A stretch of DNA of 64,000 nucleotides, taken from Octopus vulgaris (Eukaryota). The notes beneath the pieces were generated by a model. The model ran no database searches, had not been told where the DNA came from, and worked only from the letters and a program-made list of their open reading frames with translations. Location: contig OX597817.1 of the NCBI GenBank assembly GCA_951406725.2, positions 167,834,001 to 167,898,000 of the forward strand. Reading direction: 5' to 3'. This document shows positions 58,789-64,000 of the stretch, piece after piece. Position 1 is the first letter of the stretch, and each line of letters begins with the position of its first letter. A program made the translations under genes and the position numbers.

Positions 58789-61700
58789 ATAGTAATGGTG
58801 TTTTCAGTGAATCAAGCTTATTATATGTCTAGCAGAAGAGTCTTCTGTATATGTGTGTGATGTCTATATGTTGTTGCCTGGCCTCAGGCCAACTCTGATC
58901 AAGCAGCTCAATGGTCAAAGGCCTTCTAGCTTTAAACATGCCATCCTTTATTCAAACACAGTGTATCGAAGGTTATATTATCCAATGTAAAAAAAAAAAA
59001 ACGCTTTTTCCATGTCCGTAAAAGCACCCACTACACTCTCGGAGCGGTTGGCATTAGGAAGGGCATCCAGCTGTAGAAACTCTGCCAGATCAAGATTGGA
59101 GCCTGGTGCAGCCATCTGGTTCGCCAGTCCTCAGTCAAAATCGTCCAACCCATGCTAGCATGGAAAGCAGACGTTAAATGATGATGATGCATCTTTTATC
59201 TTTTACTTATTTCACTCATAAGGTTGTGGCCATGCTGGGGCACCACCTTGAAGAATTTTAGTCAAATGTACCGACCCTATTAATCATCTCGGAGTGGTTG
59301 GTGTTAGGAAGGGCATCCAGCTGTAGAAACTCTGCCAGATCAAGATTGGAGCCTGGTGCAGCCATCTGGTTCGCCAGTCCTCAGTCAAACCGTCCAACCC
59401 ATGCTAGCATGGAAAGCAGACGTTAAACGATGATGATGATGTATGAAGAGCATTGTGCAGTACAGAAGCAGTAAAACGAATGAAATGAGAAATAAGGAGA
59501 GCTTCTAACAATGCAGAAAGTTCTAAAATCTGCTTCTACTAACTCTCCAAAATAGTAGGATCTACATAGACACACATTTGTCTATTTGTTTCATAGTGTT
59601 CTTCTGAAGACAGGCCTGCCTTTGTGCTGATATATGAAGGGTTTTTTAAAGCTTTCCTAGAAGTTTTACTTATTGCTCATTTCATTCCTTATCCAATTAA
59701 AAACACACAGAAAACATTAGATTCTCTTCAACATTTAAATTTAATTTTTCAAAATATTTTTGTCGCTTTGAAACTACGACCTGTTCACTGACAAAATTCT
59801 GATGGTTTCTGTGTGTTTTTAAATGACTTATAAACAACTTCCACACTGCAATCGTTCTTGTTTCAGCACACGATCTCAGATCAGGTCACTTGCTATGCAA
59901 GTACATCTCCATAATTCCTTATCAAATGTTTTATAACAATACCGTCAAGTGCATTACTGAGACAAGTTACATGATATAAAGCCCTGACTTGTTTGTTTTC
60001 CTATTTTTTCTTCACCTTTGTACTCTCCTCGACAAGCTGTGATCTTCACATGTCCAGGATCATTATTTTAAGTACTTTAGTTGAACTCGTTGCTAAGGAA
60101 GTGTTGAATGTGCAGATTAGGCTACCCAGTTTATTTTAGCTTCTAATAGTGGTGCTTATTGGTGGATATGTTTGGAGAGAGTGTACAGTTCCTGACAAAA
60201 TTATGAGCAGTATTAAAATATGCACATACAGCTGTTCCTTCTTTTTCTGTCCCTGAAAAAGGCGTTAGGAAGGGCATCCAGCCGTAGAAACACTGCCAGA
60301 TTTGACTGGGCCTGATGAAGCCTTCTGGCTTCACAGACCCCAGTAGAACCGTCCAACCCATGCTAGCATGGAAAACGGACGCTAAACGATGATGATGATG
60401 ATGATGATGATGAATACATTATAAATAAAGACATATTATTTACATTCATTGTAACACAAGTAGTATGACCCGGCGTTGCTGGGTCATAGTGCTAGTGCAT
60501 GCATATACAGCTGCGTGCGTGCACACATACACGCAAGTACTGTCCAAATCTCCGACCAATCACGTACAGCTAGCTGGCATTCAATTGGTTCAATTTGATT
60601 GGGTTTTGGATAGAAAATTCACAAAAAAGTCGCTTCTATTTATTTGCTTCTATGGTTTTGCGGGGTGACTGGGGAAATGTAAAGATGTGCACGACCACCC
60701 TTGAACGGTTTTGAATGACCATAGAAAGTGCGAGCCCTCTAACTGAAAAATTGTGGATTTGTATAAAGGACACACACACAGACATTTTAAGGCGGCGAGC
60801 TGGTAGAAATGTTAGCACGCCGGGCGAAATTCGTAGCCGTATTTCATCTGTCGTTACGTTCTGAGTTCAAATTCTGCTGAGGTCGACTTTGCCTTTCATC
60901 CTTTTGGGGTCGATAAATTAAGTACCAGTTACGCACTGGGGTCGATGTAATCGACTTAATCCCTTTGTCTGTCCTTGTTTGTCCCCTCTGTGTTTAGCCC
61001 CTTGTGGGTAGTAAAGAAATATATATATATAGAGATACAGTGTTGGCTAACAAACTTGTAGATATGTTATACAATGCATTATAACAATCAATTTTTGTAT
61101 CTTTGATTTTTTTTTTTCCATTATGTAGTGTGTGGGTTTGATCTGTGTTTAGTTTGTGATAAGGTGAAGTATACAGGGCGCAGGAGTGGCTGTGTGGTAA
61201 GTAGCTTGCTAACCAACCACATGGTTCCGGGTTCAGTCCCACTGCGTGGCACCTTGGGCAAGTGTCTTCTGCTGTAGCCCCGGGCCGACCAATGCCTTGT
61301 GAGTGGATTTGGTAGACGGAAACTGAAAGAAGCCTGTCGTATATATGTATATATCTATATATATATATATATGTATGTGTGTGTATATGTTTGTGTGTCT
61401 GTGTTTGTCCCTCTAGCATTGCTTGACAACCGATGCTGGTGTGTTTACGTCCCCGTCACTTAGCGGTTCGGCAAAAGAGACCGATAGAATAAGTACTGGG
61501 CTTACAAAGAATAAGTCCTGGGGTCGAGTTGCTCGATTAAAGGTGGTGCTCCAGCATGGCCGCAGTCAAATGACTGAAACAAGTAAAAGAATAAAAAGAA
61601 TAAAAGAAAATACAGTAAGTTTTGGCTGCAATATCTAGCAGTTTGAATCTTAAGCTTCTTTGTAGATTTGGTGTCATATATTTATGTTGCTGAATGAGGA

Positions 61701-62635
61701 ATATGATGGCTGTTTCATTTAATGTTCTTTGATGTTATTAGTTAGAAGGGAGATAGAGGACTTTGCAAATGCTCCTTTAAGTTTCTGATTGTGGTGCCAG
61801 GTTTTTAGATGGTTGATGTAAAGCCCAGTGGTTAGGGTAGCGGACTCGCGGTCGTAGGATCGCGGTTTCGATTCCCAGACCGGGCGTTGTGAGTGTTTAT
61901 TGAGCGAAAACACATAAAGCTCCACGAGGCTCCGGCAGGGACGGTGGTGATCCCTGCTGTACTCTTTCACCACAACTTTCTCTCACTCTTACTTCCTGTT
62001 TCTGTTGTACCTGTATTTCAAAGGACCGGCCTTGTCACTCTCTGTGTCACGCTGAATATCCCCGAGAACTACGTTACGGGTACACGTGTCTGTGGAGTGC
62101 TCAGCCACTTACACGTTAATTTCACGAGCAAGCTGTTCCGTTGATCGGATCAACCGGAACCCTCGTCGTCGTAACCGACGGAGTGCTTCCATCCATCGAT
62201 GTAAAGCTGGAGAAGTTAGTTACTTATAATAAAAAAAAATAATAATAATAATTGTGTACAGTGCTCAGGTGCACTACAACTCATCTAAAGTGTATATATA
62301 ATCAGGTGTAGTTTCGGCGGATTTCGGAAAGCATGAGGGCCTTAAAGGATGCAGTGTCATGGCAGTCAACAACTGACGCAGGCAGTTTATTCCATGCTTC
62401 AGCAACTCTAAGCATGAAAAAATGTTTCCGAAAGTCATGGGAGCTGTGTTGTTTTCTGACTTTGTAGGCATGTCCACGTGTGTTGGACACATGGAGATCA
62501 AAAAGGTGTTCAGTGTTGTTGTTGGTGAAGTGGTTGATAACTTTGTGGGTGTTTACCAAGTCCGTTTATGTTTTAAGAAATGTAGGTAGGTGCTTTATAG
62601 TTGATTAAAAAGTTTATTTGTTTATCACTATGCAG

Positions 62636-62744
62636 TATCCATATGACCGAGCTGAAAAATTCAACAAAGGGATCCGCAAGCTAGGTTTGACTCCTGATGG
62701 CCATAGCTATTTGGATCAGTTCCGTACCTTAATTACACAAATAG
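62636..62744 (+). CDS. WASHC4: WASHC4 exon 18: [36 protein letters not shown](G)
   Basis: ctatgcag| and |gtaagt; 109 nt. Confidence 0.97.
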
Positions 62745-63308
62745 GTAAGTTACAATTCTATTTTCTCTTGTCCTGATATAAACCAGATGGTGAGCACCAT
62801 ATAGTAAGCAGTAAGGTCACAATGGCTCAGTGGTTAGAGTGTCAGGTTCACAATCACGAGGTAGTGAGTTTGATTCCTGTACTGGACAGTGCATTATTTT
62901 CTTGAGCAAGACACTTTATTTCATGTTGCTCCAGTTCACTCAGCTGTAGAAATGAGTTGTGACATCACTGGTGCCAAGCTGTATTGCCTTTCCCTTGGAC
63001 AAAATCATGGAGAGGGGAGACTGGCATGCATGGATTACTGATGGTCTTCCATAAACAACCTTGCCTGGACTTGTACCTTGGAGGGGAACTTCCTAGGTGC
63101 AATCTCATGGTCATTCACGACCAAAGGGGGTCTTTACCCTTAAGGTCACAATGAATAGAATCAGTGAGTTTTGCTTCCCTTCCTGCTCGAATGAAGCCAT
63201 TATTTCGTTTCCCTTTCGATGCTAACGACTCTCTGAAGCTCACGAATATCACATCACCTTCTTGCACATCTATCAGAAATCACTAAACAATGACTCTCTT
63301 GTTTGCAG

Positions 63309-63462
63309 GCAATGCAATGGGTTACATCCGCATGATCCGGTCAGGTGGGTTGCATTGTTGCAGCAATGCAATTCGGTTTATCCCAGACTTAGAAGACATT
63401 GAAAGTTTTGAAGAACTCTCTGCCAAAGAAGGTCTCTCTTCAGAATGTCAACTGGCTGCAAA
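63309..63462 (+). CDS. WASHC4: WASHC4 exon 19: (G)[50 protein letters not shown](K)
   Basis: gtttgcag| and |gtaagt; 154 nt. Confidence 0.97.
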
Positions 63463-63912
63463 GTAAGTGTCTGGAACATTCTTCTTGTTTTCATTTTTTT
63501 TTTTTGTCCCCTCTATGTTTGGCCCCTTGTGGGCAATAAAGAAATAAGAAACTGTGCAAATGGCCACTGAATAAAAGAATGAACAGAATCTGATGAGGAG
63601 GTAGATGTTAACCCTTTAGCATTTAAACCGGCCATATCCGGCCAAAAGTATTCTGCCTGATTTATGTCCAAACTGGCCAGATCTGGTCTCTCACACCAAC
63701 CCTACAATATCATTTTAGAAATTAACAGCTACCTCATCAAAATCTCAAAGCTACAAGATAATGCATGATTAGTTCAAAACAGTGTGGATGAAGAAGCATT
63801 AATTTTGGCAGAATAATGCAAACACTAAAGGGTTAAAGACCGTTCACATCACTTTTGAGATTCAACAAATCCTACTACAGCATTCTTATGAATTTTGTTT
63901 TCATCTCACCAG

Positions 63913-63976
63913 GAATCTGGATGCTGTTATAAATAACCTGTCTAAGAATTTTGCAGAAGGAACTGAATATTTCAAG
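63913..63976 (+). CDS. WASHC4: WASHC4 exon 20: (K)NLDAVINNLSKNFAEGTEYFK
   Basis: ctcaccag| and |gtaagt; 64 nt; AEGTEYFK. Confidence 0.95.
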
Positions 63977-64000
63977 GTAAGTTTTTTTTTTATTTAACCT

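Larger units (their letters stand above)
2899..63976 (+). other. WASHC4: WASH complex subunit 4 (SWIP/KIAA1033) gene, internal portion: 20 coding exons; 5' and 3' ends outside the window
   Basis: Manually spliced GT-AG exons keep one frame (2178 nt, 726 aa, no stops). They are colinear with WASHC4 as I recall it, e.g. [88 protein letters not shown]. Confidence 0.96.

Overview
Eukaryotic, AT-rich, repeat-dense DNA; the SINE/LINE/MITE families and microsatellites suggest an octopus (inference). The only host gene is the middle part of a WASH complex subunit 4 orthologue (WASHC4/SWIP/KIAA1033) on the + strand. I found 20 internal GT-AG coding exons between 2899 and 63976 that splice in frame into 2178 nt / 726 aa; the start and stop codons lie outside the window. 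Introns hold tRNA-headed SINEs, 3' fragments of RTE, CR1/L2 and R4/Dong LINEs, piggyBac-type and Tc1/mariner MITEs, Helitron-like elements, a tRNA-Glu pseudogene and microsatellites. Almost all ORFs in the supplied track are spurious repeat translations. The most interesting signal is about eleven minimal hammerhead-ribozyme-like motifs, intact to degenerate, in small non-coding insertions. These include ~350-bp partial-tandem retrozyme-like units sharing a conserved two-hairpin motif, fold-back palindromes with target-site duplications, a tRNA-headed palindromic element, and variants with a U3-A8 core swap. All structures were folded by eye and none is tested for activity.
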